Shown one piece after another: positions 63,243-64,000 of a stretch of DNA of 64,000 nucleotides. Each line of letters begins with the position of its first letter. The stretch's first letter is position 1. Made by a program: the position numbers and the translations under genes. The notes beneath the pieces were generated by a model. That model did no database searches and was not told the DNA's origin. It saw only the letters and a list, made by a program, of their open reading frames with translations. Source of the stretch: Nymphaea colorata (Eukaryota); NCBI RefSeq assembly GCF_008831285.2, contig NC_045138.2, forward strand, positions 24,490,001 through 24,554,000. The letters are read 5' to 3'.

Positions 63243-63941
63243 GGGAATCCCAGCATCCTTGGTCACTTCCATTTGAAGCTAGTCAACCTGGATTTAATCC
63301 ATTGTCTTCTGCAAACAACTTGGAGTTCCCAATTCTTAGAGGTAACAATGGAGTGGACAACTCCTTGTTGTCTCTGGAAAATAATGATGGAGCTTCTGAT
63401 GCACACATTGATCCAATGAATGAAGGAATACTGAATGGAACATTAGACACTGATGGGAAACATGTAGACTCTCTTGTGTCTTTGGATAGCTTTGGTGGGT
63501 TTGCTGATGCATACACTGATCAAATATGTGATGAGGATATGCTGAATAAACCCCAGCAGGTGGATTTGAAGCCTCTAGTCAACCATGATGCTGGAAATTC
63601 CTACTCTGATTGGTTATCTCTCTCTCCTTTTGAGCAAGGCATGTTTGTTAAAAGTACAATAGAGACACCTGTTCTTCCTGGTCCAACTCAAGGTGTTGAT
63701 AATCGTTGGGCAAATGAGTTGCTAGGTCATGTTGGTAGTTCCAATTTGGATGTAGAAGACATAGACTTATTGTCGGATTCTGCTTGTGTCGTGGACCTTA
63801 CTCTTTCAGATAGTGATGATGAGGTTTTGTTGGAAAATATGAAAAATGGGTTGCCATTCCACATGGGGGCTGAACAAGTTGCCGGAGGCATGACTTGCAA
63901 TTTGATTTCTCAAGATTTTCAGCACAATAGATGTATGGATG
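63243..63941 (+). CDS. Exon 3 of the same gene (gene continues beyond the window)
   Basis: TTTTCAG|GG, then 233 stop-free codons (missing from the ORF track because no stop occurs before the window end), acidic/disordered, containing VVDLTLSDSDDE. Candidate donor GATG|GTGAAA followed by a T-rich intron. Confidence 0.8.
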
Positions 63942-64000
63942 GTGAAATTTCTTACATAATAACACTTTTTTTTGTTTTGTTTTGGCTTCCTCATTTCATT

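Overview
Flowering-plant nuclear DNA: AT-rich, with GT-AG introns, (TA)n/(CT)n microsatellites and many MITEs. I found no rRNA, tRNA, CRISPR array or recognisable miRNA. Positions 1-13.5 kb hold no supportable gene. They consist of three diverged copies of a 2-3.4 kb segment, and between copies A and B lies a patchwork of a LINE 3' end, an inverted-repeat cassette carrying a piece of a gene located 34 kb downstream, and a copia 3' end. Seven protein-coding genes are supportable: (1) a membrane-anchored class I SAM methyltransferase (18001-18843 +); (2) an R/S-rich protein with an MGxC N-terminus and an LENPLVSLECFIFL C-terminus (25679-26476 -); (3, 4) two tandem intronless B3-domain genes (31140-31982 + and 34547-35809 +), the second with a 5 x 84 nt P/Q repeat; (5) a two-exon single-TM protein with a GLUTAMINE DUMPER-like VLMPG motif (42452-39498 -); (6) a small YDxxSYALNFDDG protein (56388-56684 +); (7) the first three exons of a probable SNF2-RING helicase running off the right edge (61618 onward, +). 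The most notable items are the captured gene fragment with a micro-inversion at its junction, the VIMAG-like motif, the recent repeat expansion in the B3 paralog, and an orphan promoter at about 45.2-45.8 kb. All family assignments come from motif recognition by eye; no database search was run.
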